Below are positions 13,264 to 26,121 of a DNA stretch of 64,000 bases, one piece after another. The DNA is from Chiloscyllium plagiosum (Eukaryota), in contig NC_057718.1 of assembly GCF_004010195.1 (NCBI RefSeq), positions 25,614,670 to 25,678,669 on the forward strand. Reading direction: 5' to 3'. Under the pieces are notes generated by a model. That model saw only the letters and a program-made list of their open reading frames with translations. It was not told the origin of the DNA and ran no database searches. Position 1 is the stretch's first letter. The number at the start of each line of letters is the position of its first letter. Position numbers and translations under genes: made by a program.

Positions 13264-13411
13264 CATGATTCGGAGATGCCGGTGTTGGACTGGGGTGTAC
13301 AAAGTTAAAAATCACACAACGCCAGGTTATAGTCCAACAGGTTTCGCTCCGAAAGCTAGTGTGCTTCCAATTAAACCTGTTGGACTATAACCTGGTGTTG
13401 TGTGATTTTTA
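13264..13411 (-). mobile_element. Fold-back PLE terminus inserted in CR1 ORF2
   Basis: Same family as 5805-6027; internal inversion; TSD ACCTTTAGAATA at 13252-13263 and 13412-13423. Confidence 0.85.
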
Positions 13412-15164
13412 ACCTTTAGAATAGTGATAGAAAAGGATAGACTGGATTTAAAGTTAAAGTTCAAGTTGGAGGAAGGCCAATTTTGACAGTGTTAGGCAAG
13501 AACTTTGAAAAGTTGATGGGGGAGGCGAATGTTTGCAGGTAAAGGGACAGTTGGAAAATGGGAAGACTTTAAAAATGAAATGATGAGAGTCCAGAGACAA
13601 TATATTCCTCTTAAGGTGAAGGGCAAGACTGGTAGGTGTAGGGAATGCTGGATGCTAGAGAAATTGATGTTTTGGTTAAGAAAAAGAAGGAAGCATATGT
13701 TGGTATCGGCAGCAGAGATCAAGTGAACCCTTAAGAGTATGAAGGCAGTAAGAGTGTTCTTAAGAGGGAAATCAGGAGGACAAAAAGGGAACAATCAGGA
13801 GGGACAAACACACGCTTTGACAAATAAGATTAAGGAGAATCCAAAGGGATTTTATAAATTCATTAAGTACAAAAGGGTAACTAAGGAGAGAATAGGGCCA
13901 CTTAAAGATCAGCAAGACTGCCTACGTGTGGAGCCACAGGAGATGGGTGAGATACTAAATGAGTATTTTGCATCAATATTTACTGTGAGAATGACATGGA
14001 AGATTTAGAACGTGGGGAAATAAATAGCAACTTCTTGAACAATGTCCATATTACAGAGGAGGTGGTGTTGGACAGCTTAAAAGACATCCAGCTTAAAGGT
14101 GGATAAATCCCCAGGACATGATCAGGTGAACTCTGGAACTCTATGGGAAGCTAGGGAAGTGATTGCTGAGATACTTGTATCATCGATAGCCACAGATGAG
14201 GTACGGAAAGACTGCAGGTTGGCTAACATAGTGCCACTGTTTAAGAAAGGAGGTAAGGAAAATCCAGGGAACTATACTCTGGTGTGTCTGACATTGGTAG
14301 AGTGCAAATTGTTGTAGGGAATCCTGAGGGACAAGATTTCCATGTATTGGAAATGCAAGGGCTACTCAGGGCTAGTCAACATGGCCTTATGCATAGGAAA
14401 TCATGTCTCACAAACTTGATTGAGTTTTTTGAAGAAGTAACAAAGAGGATTGCTGAGGGCAGAGCTGTGAACATGATCTATATGGACTTCAGTAAGGCAT
14501 TCGACAAGGTTCCCAGTGGGAGACTGATTAGCAAGGTTAGATCTCACGGAATACAGAGAGAACTAGTCATTTGGATCCAGATCTGTCTCAAAGATAGAGG
14601 ACAGAGGGTAGTGGTGGAGGGTTGCTCTTTGGGCTGGAGGCCTGTGACCAGTGGTGTGCCACAAGGATCAGTGCTGGGTCCACTGCTTTATGTCATTTTT
14701 AATTGATCTGGATGTCAATATAGGAGGTATGGTTAGTGAGTTTGCAGATGACATGAAAATTGGAGATGTTGTGGATATCTCAGAGTACAACGGGATCTTT
14801 TTCAGATGGACTAATATGCCGAGGAAGTGGCAGATTGAGTTTAATTTAGATAAATGTAAGGTGTTGCATTCAGAAGGGCAAATCAGGACACGACTTATAC
14901 ACTTATAAGGGAGTGTTGCTGAGCCAAAAGACCTTGGAGAACAGGTTGATAGCTCCTTGAAAGTGGAATCGCCAGTAGTTGGATTGTGAAGAAGGTGTTT
15001 AGTATGTTTGCCTTTATCGGTGGAGCACTGAGTATAGGAATTAGGAGGTCATGTTGCAGCTGTACAGGACGTTGGTTTGGCCACTTTTGGAATGCTATAT
15101 GCAATTCTGATCTCCCTACTATAGGAAGGATTTTGTAAAGCTTGATAGGGCTCAGAAAATATTT

Positions 15165-15486
15165 GGGCGGCACGATGGCTCAGTGGTTAGCACTGCTGCC
15201 TCACAGCACCAGAGACCCAGGTTCAATTCCCGCCTCAGGCGACTGTCTGTGTGGAGTTTGCACATTCTCCCCGTGTCTGCGTGGGTTTCCTCCGGGTGCT
15301 CTGGTTCCCTCCCACAGTCCAAAAATGTGCAGGTTAGGTGAATTGGCCATGCTAAATTGCCCGTAGTGTTAGGTGAAGGGGTAAATGCCGGGAATGGGTC
15401 TGGGTGGGTTGCGCTTCGGCGGGTCGGTGTGGACTTGTTGGGCCGAAGGGCCTGTTTCCACACTGTAAGTAATCTAATCTAATCTA
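15165..15486 (+). mobile_element. Full-length HE1-type V-SINE inserted in the CR1
   Basis: A box TGGCTCAGTGG 15176-15186, B box GGTTCAATTCC 15220-15230, V-domain TGTGGAGTTTGCACATTCTCCCCGTGTCTGCGTGGGTTTCC, CR1-like tail and (TAATC)n end. Confidence 0.93.
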
Positions 15487-15974
15487 AACAAGGATGTTGC
15501 CAGGGTTGGAGATTTGAGCCACAGGGAGAGGCTGAATAGGCTGGGGCTATTTTCTCTGGAGCATTGGAGGTTGAGGGGTAATTTATAAAATTATGAACGG
15601 TATGGATAGGGTAAATCAAGAAGGTCTTTTCCCTGAAGTGGGGAAGTCCAGAACTAGAGGACATAGGTTTAAGGTGAGAGGGGAAAAATTTAAAAAGGAC
15701 CTAAGGAGTAACTTTTTCACGCAGAGGGTAGTGCGTGAATGGAATGAGCTGCCAGAGAAAGTGGTGGAGGTTTGTACTATTTCAGCGTTTAAAAAGCATC
15801 AGAATTGGTAAATGAATAGGAAGGGCCTAGAGGGATATGGGCTAAATGCTGCCAAATGGGACTAGATTAATTTAGGTTATGTGGTTGGCATGAACAAGTT
15901 GGACCGAAGGATCTGTTTCTGTGCTGTACATCTTTATGACTGTAGACTGTATGCCATTTATCAAAAACTAAGGC

Positions 15975-16470
15975 TTAGGGTTTACCATTGACCAGAAACT
16001 GAATGAGAGCAGTGATATAAATGGTGTGCTTGCAAAAGTAGCTCAGTGCTTGGAATTCTGTGGCAAATAACTCACCTTCTCTCTACTCCTGCCTGTCCAT
16101 CATCTACAAAGAACAAGTCAGGAATGTGATGGAATACAGTCTGCTTGACTGAATGTACAGTTCAAACTCACTCAAGAAGCTTGATACCTTCAGGACAAAG
16201 CAGTCCACTTGATTAGCATCATGTCTATCACCTTCAACATTCACTTCACGCTCCATTGACGCAGCATGGCAGCAGTATGTACCATCTACAAAATGCACTG
16301 TCGTAACCCGTCATGATTTCTCTGACAGAGCCTTCAAAACTTGCAACCTTTATCATTTACAAGGACAAAAGCAGAAAATACATTGGAACACCATCACTTA
16401 TAAGTTCCTGTACAAGCCACACGTCATCCTGACTCGGAACTGTATTGTCATTTTTTCACTGTCACCAAGT
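15975..16470 (+). mobile_element. Fragment of the second CR1/Jockey-group LINE family
   Basis: Reverse complement of ~41500-41990 (CAAGTCAGGAATGTGATGGAATAC, GTACCATCTACAAAATGCACTG). Confidence 0.75.
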
Positions 16471-18649
16471 CAGCTTTTAAAGGATCTGAGAGGTGTCTTG
16501 AACCATGGACTGTTTGAGGAAACTCTTTAAAAGGTAAGCTCAAAATATAGAACCACTTCCTCTCCCACCCCACCACTTTTGCCAACCTATGCCCCAGCCC
16601 ATGCCCAAGGCTGCTTCTACATTCCATACCGATCTATGTTGTTCAACCACCCCCTTTACCCCTCAATGCACTCAATTTTAAGCTGGAGCACATCTACAGT
16701 ATAAACTCTACATTATTGTAACAACAGGACATGTGAGAAAGCTTTAAAAGGAGCCATTCATAATATTCCAGTTTTTTAAATCCATAATGATGCTTGGCTA
16801 TGAGCCCAGACACCTCTAAACCTATGGAGACAGCTATACCCAAGGGAAAACATTGCTTGATTGACAACTCTTGCTCTCTTATCTATTCTGGCACAATGCA
16901 TAATTGCACAATTTAGTCAAAGTAACGTGATTCCAAGTGTTTGTAGTTTCTGCTGCTGGTACTTTGAAGGATCTGGATGAATGACACTTCTTTAAGCTGA
17001 AAAATTATATTTATAAGAAGGTGAGTGGGTGAGGAGCATTGGTGGCATGAATGGTATGGGGAACATTGGGCTTTAGGTAGTGGAGCATGGATAGGTAGGT
17101 ACTGACTGCTGCTATCCACCTTGAAGATGAAAGTCCAACTCCATATATCCTGCAAATTACCCAACCTGGGGCAGTGCTGCGGAGGAGACTCTGCATTGTA
17201 AGTAATAACTTGCCTTTTCAATAAAGATTCAGGTGTTGAAAAGAAACAGAAAAGAATGATCCCGTAGCTCTCTGGTGGTAGAGTTGGACTTCAGCATTGA
17301 AATCCAAGTTCAAATTCTGGTCTCTGGTAACTTTCTTTCCAACTTAACTGGCATAAAATGGACTGATCAATCTTAGCATGATTTCCTGAGGAAATGAAGA
17401 ACATTTAACAGGTTTAGAATTTGGGTTAGATCACTGAAGTGCCTTCCTTTTATCACACTGGTGTGTGACCTAGCTGTGCTGATAATTGTGTTCCCAGAGT
17501 CTCCTTAACACTGTGATGTCCATATTCCTGAGAGACAACATTGGTGAGATGTAGCAAAGAGCAGGCAAGAATGTATGATTCACAGTAGTTAAATATCTGT
17601 GAAATTTGAGACACTTTAAAGCCTTAATGACTCCTAGTGGAAAAATAAAAACTGTTTTATTTTGAGTTTTTTTTATTATTATTATTCTGATGCTAGTCTC
17701 AGCACCAGGGATCATTACTACCAAGTGAGCAATTCTATCACAAAGGTCAGAGCTGACTTGTACAAATCCCTGGGAGAAAGTTATTCACGCTTCCCTGCCA
17801 CATTACCATGTTTTATCATATAAAATGAGCAGGCTTTCACTTAACATTAGAAGCCACTCAGTCAATGAGCAGAAAGGCTGTCTGCAGCCACTCATTTAAT
17901 ACGTCAGTTACATTTTAATAACCTGTCTAATGCAGCATTCAAACAGATTGCCTCTTGATACTTGTGAAGGCAGTGATAGAGCTACAAGCCTTGTGCCATA
18001 GTCTCTGCAGCTTTCAAGTTGAAAGTTGGTGGCATTCATGAAGAATAAATTATTGATTTCTTTAAACTCAGTATTCAGCGGAAGCATGGTGGGTTTTTTT
18101 GGCTTTAGTAAGATTTATCTAAAAGTCCATTTTCTTTGTCACAGTGATCTCAGGTTATAATCATCATATGAACAGAATTATGAGTTACATCAATTGGTTG
18201 TAGCAGGGGCCAGAGAAGGAATATGTCCTTAAACCTACTATAAATCATGAAGTTCAGCTATGTATTGTTTTTGCAAAACCTATTGTCTTTGTAAGTTCAA
18301 TCTGTAGCCTCCCTCTTCTCTCCTAAATCCTTCAGTGTATTGGCACCATCATCACCAACCACCCCCCAATCCTTTCCTAGCTTTCCCAGAAGTTCATGTT
18401 TGAATCTACTCATTGTGTTCTCCATCCTTGCCTCAGTGCTGGAACAGCACTTCTAAAATATTACATGTTAAGTGACAGTAACAAAAGAAAACTTCCCCCT
18501 CATCCTTCTTGGCTTTTCTTTAGCCTTTGATACTATTAACTTCACCATTTCTTCTCCAACATCTCTCCATTGCTATCTGGCTGGATGGGATTGCTCTCGT
18601 CCGGCTCCATTCTTATCTCTTTATTATTCACTTATTTTCTAATAAACCA

Positions 18650-19360
18650 GTTCAGGCCTCCCTGTCCACGGCACCTTCCCTTGCTGCTGCAAGAGGTGTA
18701 AAACCTGCTCCCACACCTCTCCCCTCACCTCTGCCCTTGGCCCCAAAGGATCTTTTCACATCCGGCAGAGATTTTCCTGCACATCCGAACATCTCATCTA
18801 TTGTGTCTGTTGATCTCAATGTGGTCTCCTCTACATCAACATTTCAGGGAACTCTCTGGGACACAGACACCAAACAACCTCACTGCCTGTGCTAATCACT
18901 TCAACTCCTCCTCCCACTCCACCAAGGCCATGCAAGTCCTGTGCCTCCTCCACTGCCAAATCCAACCACCTGGCGACAAGAGGAAGAACCCCATATCTTC
19001 TCCCTTGGAACCTTCAACCACATAGGATCAACGTCGACTTCACTGGTTTCCAAATCTCTCCTCCCACCATCTCATCCCAGATCCAACCCTCCAACTCGGC
19101 ACTGCCCTCTCGAACTGTTCTACCTGTCCGTCTTCCTTCCCACCTATGTGCTCCACCCTCCCTATCAACCTATTACAATCATCCCCACCTGCATCTACCT
19201 ATTGCCTTCCCCCCACCCCCATTCCCACGCTCCTATTCCTCTCTCAGCACCCTTTCTCTCCCCCCCACGTTCCTAATGAAGGGTTTATGCCTGAAATGTT
19301 AACTCTTCTGCTGCTCGAATGCTGCCTGACCTGCTGTGCTTTTCCAACACCACACTTTTC
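18650..19360 (+). mobile_element. Neptune-type PLE 3' fragment (Cys-rich linker, GIY-YIG remnant, pLTR)
   Basis: Translates HGTFPCCCKRCKTC and FSCTSEHLIYCVC*SQCGLLYI, then EEEPHIFSLGT. C-rich UTR; mutated hammerhead CTAATGA-AGGG..CCT-GAAATGTT at ~19270-19303. Confidence 0.85.
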
Positions 19361-19974
19361 AATACTACCAATGTGCCATAATAATGGCCAAACAATTACT
19401 TTCAGTGCTTTGATATTCCCCAAAGAATCCATTAGTGACATTATTCAAAGGCCACACATTAACTTTCACATGTATACTGATGGCAATTGATTCTACGTTA
19501 CTAACGTCTCTATTGTTGCTAAATTCTCAGACTGCTTATCTAACATCCAGCATATGATCTGAGAAAATTCCACCAATTAAATTTTATTCAGAATGAATCC
19601 ATAATATCAGCAACCACTCCAAATTCAGTACCCTTATGACTGACACTGTCCCTGTCTCCGTAGCAACAATTTGAGATGAAGTCAATTTTCAACCCTGACA
19701 TCATATTTCATCTTGAGATGAAATTCAGGCCTAAACTTTGTAGATCGACTAATTCTTCCTCTGTATTATCGGCTACCTTGCCTATCTTAGCCCCTATCAC
19801 AATTCATCAGCTTCCAGAAACCTCATGCCTTTGTTACTTCTGAGTCAACAATTCCAACACAGCACCTTCTATAAACTTGAGGTCATCCAAACCTTGTGTT
19901 TTACTTTGCAGCTAGTCCCATTCCCCAATTACCTCAGTGCTCAGGGCTGGACACTCGGCTGCCATCCAAATAGG

Positions 19975-20103
19975 CAAAAATGAGGACTGCAGATGCTGGA
20001 AATCAGAGTCTAGATTAGAGTGGTGCTGGAAGAGCACAGCAGGTCAGGCAGCATCCGAGGAGCAGGAAAATCGACATTTCAGGCAAAAGCCCTTTATCAG
20101 GAA
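19975..20103 (-). mobile_element. PLE pLTR terminus fragment
   Basis: GAGGACTGCAGATGCTGG...CAGCAGGTCAGGCAGCATCC, matching 22932-23060; decayed hammerhead at 20070-20103. Confidence 0.8.
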
Positions 20104-22931
20104 TACTTTCATTCTTTTCAAAGCCTGCTATGGCCTCACCCCTGTAATTCTTCTGAAGTATCTACACTCCTCTCATTCTATTCTGATATGCATACCCAGT
20201 TTTAATTTCTCCATCATTAGACGCCTTGCCTTTAGCTTCCTAATATTCAAATTCTGGAATATCTGCACTATATTGCACCTTTCTCCCTCATTGCCTCGCT
20301 ATCATCCTTTAAGACACTCCTCAAAACCACCTCTTTGAACAAGCTTTCAGTCATCTGACCTAATAATATCTGCGTATGTGGCTTGATATAATGTTTTGTT
20401 TACAATTCTCCTGTGAAGTGTATCGGGGTATTTAATTGCGTTAAAGATAGTGAAATCATATGTTATTGTTGTCTTAATTTGCAGAGTGGGATAATTGAAT
20501 TTTTCAATTGAGTTGGAACTTTTCTTCTCTATTCTGAGCAAGCAGTTCCAGTTTATAGCACTAATTTAATATTTCACCACTTAGACTGACATGTTCAAAC
20601 ATGCATTTCTTATTATAAATGCAATGATGTCTTCTCCCCTATTAATTTAAACCTTGGTGACATGCTGCAATATAGACTTTAAGAGTTTCCTTTAAAAATT
20701 GATCCTGAATGCGCTGACAAATTTGATTGAGTGCGACTTAAGTAGACAAATATTTTAGATGTCATGTTTGGGTTTATGAAGTTTGTCTGCGATTTTCTCA
20801 AATTGTCTGCATACTATCTGCAGCGCGGCATTTGTAATTCTCAGTCTGAACTATTCATGGTGAGTAAGGGTCACATTCTTTCCTAGGGGAAGTTCATAAA
20901 ATGTACAATATACAGGTGAATTACCCCAACCAATCCAAGTAAGCAAGTCTCAGTCAGACTTCATTGTCACAGAATTGTTTTTGTTTGGTTCTATATAGCT
21001 CACTTTATCATTCATTCTCTGCTTGACTATTTCAATCATTTATTTTTGTCTTCACTAAGAGCTAATCCAGGTCTTTTCCCTTCGCTTGAGTAGCTTGTCA
21101 CTTCTTCATCTTATGGATTTGCCAGTTGATCAACATGCTATCTGAATGAGAATAGAACCCATCTATCCATAAGCAATGTTAATGTCTAACAAACTGGAAT
21201 TTCTCTTTTTACACCTTCAGCAATGAATTATTTAGCTTAATTTTCTGGTCCTTGAGCACATTGGGAAGAAATCCTGAGATTATCTTTCATCACATACTAG
21301 TGCTAATCTTGGATTGGATTTTACTGTCTCAGACAGTGCAATGTTAGTATGGTGAGGACATAAAATAAGTAGGTCTTATTTAGCCCAAAGTCTTCCTGTC
21401 CAATACAGTCCCAGTCCCCATTATATGGAGGTAAGTATGGTACCCAACTATATGTCTGTTGAGACCCGAAATGGCGACTTATTACCCATTTAAGACCCAT
21501 AGTCCATCTTGAATACCATAATACACTAGGCAATGGATTGCATTGTGAAGGCTTTTTTCTGAACAAGTATGTCTTTTGAGGGTGTCTGTCTCCCATGCTC
21601 CTTTATAAACATCACAATACTCTGTTACACAACTTCAAAGTCAAGATCAACTAGATTACTGCAACCTTGGTTTGTTGCTATTCCCTCTGCTTTAATCTTC
21701 CAATTTCCTAATTTATTCTTTAATAACAATATCTTCCTATTTCTTATGTCTATGCCTATTAAACGTAATTTGAGATACTGACATTTTAAAAAAATGTTCT
21801 GCACTCAGAGTCCTAACAGAGTCTACTTCTGTGTCAGTCGTTGTAGAAATTGGTCTCAATCTGGCAATTCTCATATTTCAGCCACATGTTGTTGAGAAGC
21901 ATAAACATTGCATTTTCAGCAGAACCAAAACTGTTTTGTTTATGATTTTCCAAAGTCACGGAGGAAGTTCCACCATGCAAGAGCTTATCTCTTCCCAGTC
22001 CTAGCAGCCTATTATGCATCAATAATTTAAGATGGTGGTAAAGCTTTAGGTCAAATATTTACCCAGTCAGTGATGTTTATCATCCATGTGACACTGTGAC
22101 CTATCAAGTGCTACAAAGATTAGTGCTGGGCTCTCACCTAATTACAATCTCTGAAATAACTTAAACAAAGAGATCCAGAGAAATACATCTAAGTCTATTG
22201 TTGATGCAAAATGTAAGCTTTGAGGGAGACCTGAAGAGGCTGCAAGGACATAGAAACAGATTAATTAAGTGGACAACAAGGTGGCAGATAAAGTATATTG
22301 TGGGCAAGTGTAAGGTCTTCCATTTTGGATGGAAACACAACATATTTTTTATAGGCGTGGAAATTTTAAATGTCGATTTTCAAGGAGACTTGGATGTACT
22401 TGTACAAGGAGCACAGAAAGCTGGCATAAATAAAAAGAAAATACTGTGGATGTTGGAAATCAGGTGTAAAAACAGGGGAGCATCTGTGGAGAGAGAAATA
22501 GAATTCAGTTGTATATGATTCATCTTCAGAATGGAAGCTCGTAACGGTACAAGTGATTGGAAAGTCAATGGCATACTGGCCTTTATTAAAAGTTGATTGG
22601 AGTACAGCAATACAGAAGTCATGCTAGAATGGGGCTTTGGTGAGACTACACCTAAAGATCTGTAGTTTTGCTTTCCATATTTAATGAAGAACATGCTTCT
22701 ATTGGACATAAGTGCATTGCATTTATATCCAGCTTGATTCCTGAGATGCAAAAATATTTCTTTGATGTGAGGCTGAGTAAATTGGGTCAAAGCTCTCTGA
22801 GATTAAGAAAAACGAGAGGCACCTTTATGAAAATATACAAGATTCTGGAGGGGCTAACAGGGTAGGAACTGAAAGAGTGTTTTCCTGGACTGCAGAATCA
22901 GAACCACTGGGTACGGTCTCAGGATAAAGAG

Positions 22932-24308
22932 GAGAAAGTGAGGACTGCAGATGCTGGAGATCAGAGCTGAAAAATGTGTTGCTGGAAAAATGCAGCAGGT
23001 CAGGCAGCATCCAAGGAGTAGGAGAATCGACATTTCGGGCATAAGCCCTTCTTTAGGAGTGAGGAAGGTGTGCCAAGCAGGCTAAGATAAAAGGTAGGGA
23101 GGAGGAACTTGGGGGAGGGGCGTTGGGAATGCGATAGGTGGAAGGAGGTTAAGGTGAGGGTGATANNNNNNNNNNNNNNNNNNNNNNNNNNNNNNNNNNN
23201 NNNNNNNNNNNNNNNNNNNNNNNNNNNNNNNNNNNNNNNNNNNNNNNNNNNNNNNNNNNNNNNNNNNNNNNNNNNNNNNNNNNNNNNNNNNNNNNNNNNN
23301 NNNNNNNNNNNNNNNNNNNNNNNNNNNNNNNNNNNNNNNNNNNNNNNNNNNNNNNNNNNNNNNNNNNNNNNNNNNNNNNNNNNNNNNNNNNNNNNNNNNN
23401 NNNNNNNNNNNNNNNNNNNNNNNNNNNNNNNNNNNNNNNNNNNNNNNNNNNNNNNNNNNNNNNNNNNNNNNNNNNNNNNNNNNNNNNNNNNNNNNNNNNN
23501 NNNNNNNNNNNNNNNNNNNNNNNNNNNNNNNNNNNNNNNNNNNNNNNNNNNNNNNNNNNNNNNNNNNNNNNNNNNNNNNNNNNNNNNNNNNNNNNNNNNN
23601 NNNNNNNNNNNNNNNNNNNNNNNNNNNNNNNNNNNNNNNNNNNNNNNNNNNNNNNNNNNNNNNNNNNNNNNNNNNNNNNNNNNNNNNNNNNNNNNNNNNN
23701 NNNNNNNNNNNNNNNNNNNNNNNNNNNNNNNNNNNNNNNNNNNNNNNNNNNNNNNNNNNNNNNNNNNNNNNNNNNNNNNNNNNNNNNNNNNNNNNNNNNN
23801 NNNNNNNNNNNNNNNNNNNNNNNNNNNNNNNNNNNNNNNNNNNNNNNNNNNNNNNNNNNNNNNNNNNNNNNNNNNNNNNNNNNNNNNNNNNNNNNNNNNN
23901 NNNNNNNNNNNNNNNNNNNNNNNNNNNNNNNNNNNNNNNNNNNNNNNNNNNNNNNNNNNNNNNNNNNNNNNNNNNNNNNNNNNNNNNNNNNNNNNNNNNN
24001 NNNNNNNNNNNNNNNNNNNNNNNNNNNNNNNNNNNNNNNNNNNNNNNNNNNNNNNNNNNNNNNNNNNNNNNNNNNNNNNNNNNNNNNNNNNNCCCCCTGT
24101 CATCCGACCTATCACCCTCACCTTGACCTCCTTCCACCTATCGTATTCCCAACGCCCCTCCTCCAATCCCTCCTCCCTACCTTTTATCTTAGCCTGCTTG
24201 GCACACCCTCCTCATTCCTGAAGAAGAGCTTATGCCCGAAACATCGATTCTCCTGCTCCTTGGATGCTGCCTGACCTGCTGCGCTTTTCCAGCAACACAT
24301 CTTTCAGC
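22932..24308. mobile_element. Inverted pair of PLE termini flanking an assembly gap
   Basis: 22965-23165 is the reverse complement of ~24110-24310; TSD TCTCAGGATAAAGAG at 22917-22931 and 24309-24323; hammerhead-like CTGAAGA...CCC-GAAA-CATC at ~24215-24248. Confidence 0.85.
23166..24092. other. Assembly gap
   Basis: Run of N. Confidence 1.
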
Positions 24309-25936
24309 TCTCAGGATAAAGAGTTGATTAAGTAGAACTGATATGAGGAAAAATGTCTTCATGCACAGGACTGTGAATATTCTATGATGAAATATAGTCA
24401 AGATTTGGATAGATTTTTGATTTGTCAGGGAGTTGAGGGAGGGGCAGACATGAAGGTATATATGAAGTAGATATATATGCTGAATGGTGGAGCAGGTTCA
24501 ACGATTCTGCTTTTTCTATTTCCTACATTCTTGCATGACTCAATTCAATGGTGAGTCACTTCTTTTTTCAATATGACCCTGGAAAGTGAAAATACCACGG
24601 GTGATTTAAACATTCTTTATATTTTACTGTTATTTCGTCATCATTTTATGATGAATGAGACCCTGTTGGCTCCCTCTGTTTGATTGTTCATCAACTGTTT
24701 GTTGCTTCAGTAAAGCAGTTAGTGAATGGATGTTATATGCTTGACTTTAGAGAAAACACAGTTTGAGCAAGAAGAGAATAATCAAGACCAGAAGTAGGAA
24801 TGAACATTTTTCAGGCAGTTTAGGTGGCTATCTTAAACTTAAGAAATCACAAATTAGGAGCAGAAATGGACCATAAACTGCCTCAATGCTGCTGCACTAT
24901 TCCATTAATCATTCAATAAAATTCTACTAAGTATCCCATTAGGCCCTTTTGCATCTACCAATGACAGGATCAACACCTGTTTTTTTTGTACTTTGGAGCA
25001 TTAAAATAGTTTTAATTTTGAAAATGATGGCGATCCTGACTTAAATATTGATAAGAAGGTTAATTGGAGTATGTATATCATTCAGAATGCTGACAGAATG
25101 AACAGTTTTATTCAAAGCAACTTTATAACTCTTGGCTGATGCACAAAAGCCTATTAGAGAACTTATGGCTTTGAAATGCACATCATACTGTATTGTGGTT
25201 TAGTTGAGTTAATGGGGTGGAAATTGGTCCTTAGTTGCATCAAATTTATGAGCAGTAATAAGGGAAAATATAACTGATTCTGTAGGACTATGTCTTGTTT
25301 CCCAGTAGCGTTTGGAATGTGTCTCATCCTGCATTGGCAACAGCCATTTCGAAGGCACTCCAGGTGCCTGTCTTAAACTTAAGAACGCAAATAGTAGCAG
25401 GAATAGACCATAAAACTCCTTAAACTTGCTGTGTTTTGAATATTAATTTCAATGAGTGAAGTGCAAATTAAGTACTTAATTAAGTACTATTTAAGTAAGA
25501 AGGTCTTTAGCTGACTAGAGTATTCTGCAGAATAAATCTAAAAATGCTACATGATATTCATATTGGCTGGAGTAGTTCATGGAGGACGTACCTCCTCACC
25601 TTGCCTGACACTTATGGAGTGGTTTGCGTCAAGCTATACATAATCAATTATCTCCTTTTCTCTCTAATAGAGAGGGAATCCTATGGTATTTTATGGATTA
25701 TGGCTAATTTTCTGACATAAGTAAAAACTTGAGAACTCCAGATGAATGGAATTCATCAGGATTCATTAATTCATCATAGTATCAGTATGGAAATCAGGAT
25801 TTCTAATGAATCTTATTAATGAAAATACTTTTCCCTGCCCGATTTTGTTTCTGTATGTTTCAATCTATATCCTTTTTTTTGAAAATTTATATTCATCAAT
25901 GTTGTGGTTCTGTTCGCCGAGCTGGAAGTTTTTGTT

Positions 25937-25976
25937 GCAAACGTTTCGTCCCCTGGCTAGGCGACATCATCAGTGC
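25937..25976 (-). ncRNA. Minimal hammerhead ribozyme motif
   Basis: Exact reverse complement of 26082-26121. Confidence 0.75.
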
Positions 25977-26081
25977 TTGAGAGCCTCCTGCGAAGCGCTT
26001 CTTTGATGTTTCCTCCGGTGTTTATAGTGGTCTGTCCGTGCCGCTTCCGGTTGACAGAAGCGCTTCGCAGGAGGCTCCCAA

Positions 26082-26121
26082 GCACTGATGATGTCGCCTA
26101 GCCAGGGGACGAAACGTTTGC
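26082..26121 (+). ncRNA. Minimal hammerhead ribozyme motif (ACGT variant)
   Basis: GCA-CTGATGA-T-GTCGCCT(AGCC)AGGGGAC-GAAA-CGTT-TGC: intact core, stem II, GUU site, GCA/TGC stem I. Confidence 0.78.

Larger units (their letters stand above)
11170..15945 (+). mobile_element. Near full-length but inactivated CR1 (HER1-like) LINE: 5' UTR, ORF1 (Zn finger and SGNH esterase), ORF2 (APE and RT)
   Basis: ORF1 remnants CSSCWMWE...YICRKC (~11678-11750), SIVIGLCLVRGIDR, PEVIVHI, DGLHLN. ORF2 IYFNARGL/DIIAITETWL, KSPGHD, IYMDFSKAFDKVP, SGVPQGSVLGP, FADD. Many stops and frameshifts; two nested insertions. 5' boundary approximate. Confidence 0.93.
18500..20470 (+). mobile_element. Decayed L2-type LINE interrupted by two PLE insertions
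   Basis: 18500-18622 resembles LLDLSAAFDT...ALxWLHSYL; CACATGTATACTGATG (degenerate YADD) ~19470; L2-like 3' end ~20300-20470. Confidence 0.65.
22200..24540 (+). mobile_element. Old CR1 3' fragment carrying nested PLE insertions
   Basis: LQGHRNRLIKWTTRWQIKYIVGKCKVFHFG in ORF 22198-22518; 3' UTR resumes at 24324. Confidence 0.7.

Noticed and set aside
15165..15235. tRNA gene
   Set aside because: The A/B boxes belong to the HE1 SINE head; no complete cloverleaf.
16947..17026. Strong donor AAG/GTGAGT with an upstream AG
   Set aside because: Stops in all three frames from the nearest acceptor; isolated splice-like motifs are common by chance.
23000..24221. Long ORFs (260-388 aa) at 23.0-24.2 kb and 61.1-62.3 kb, and shorter ones at 45.3-45.8 kb
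   Set aside because: Artefacts of translating through N gaps.
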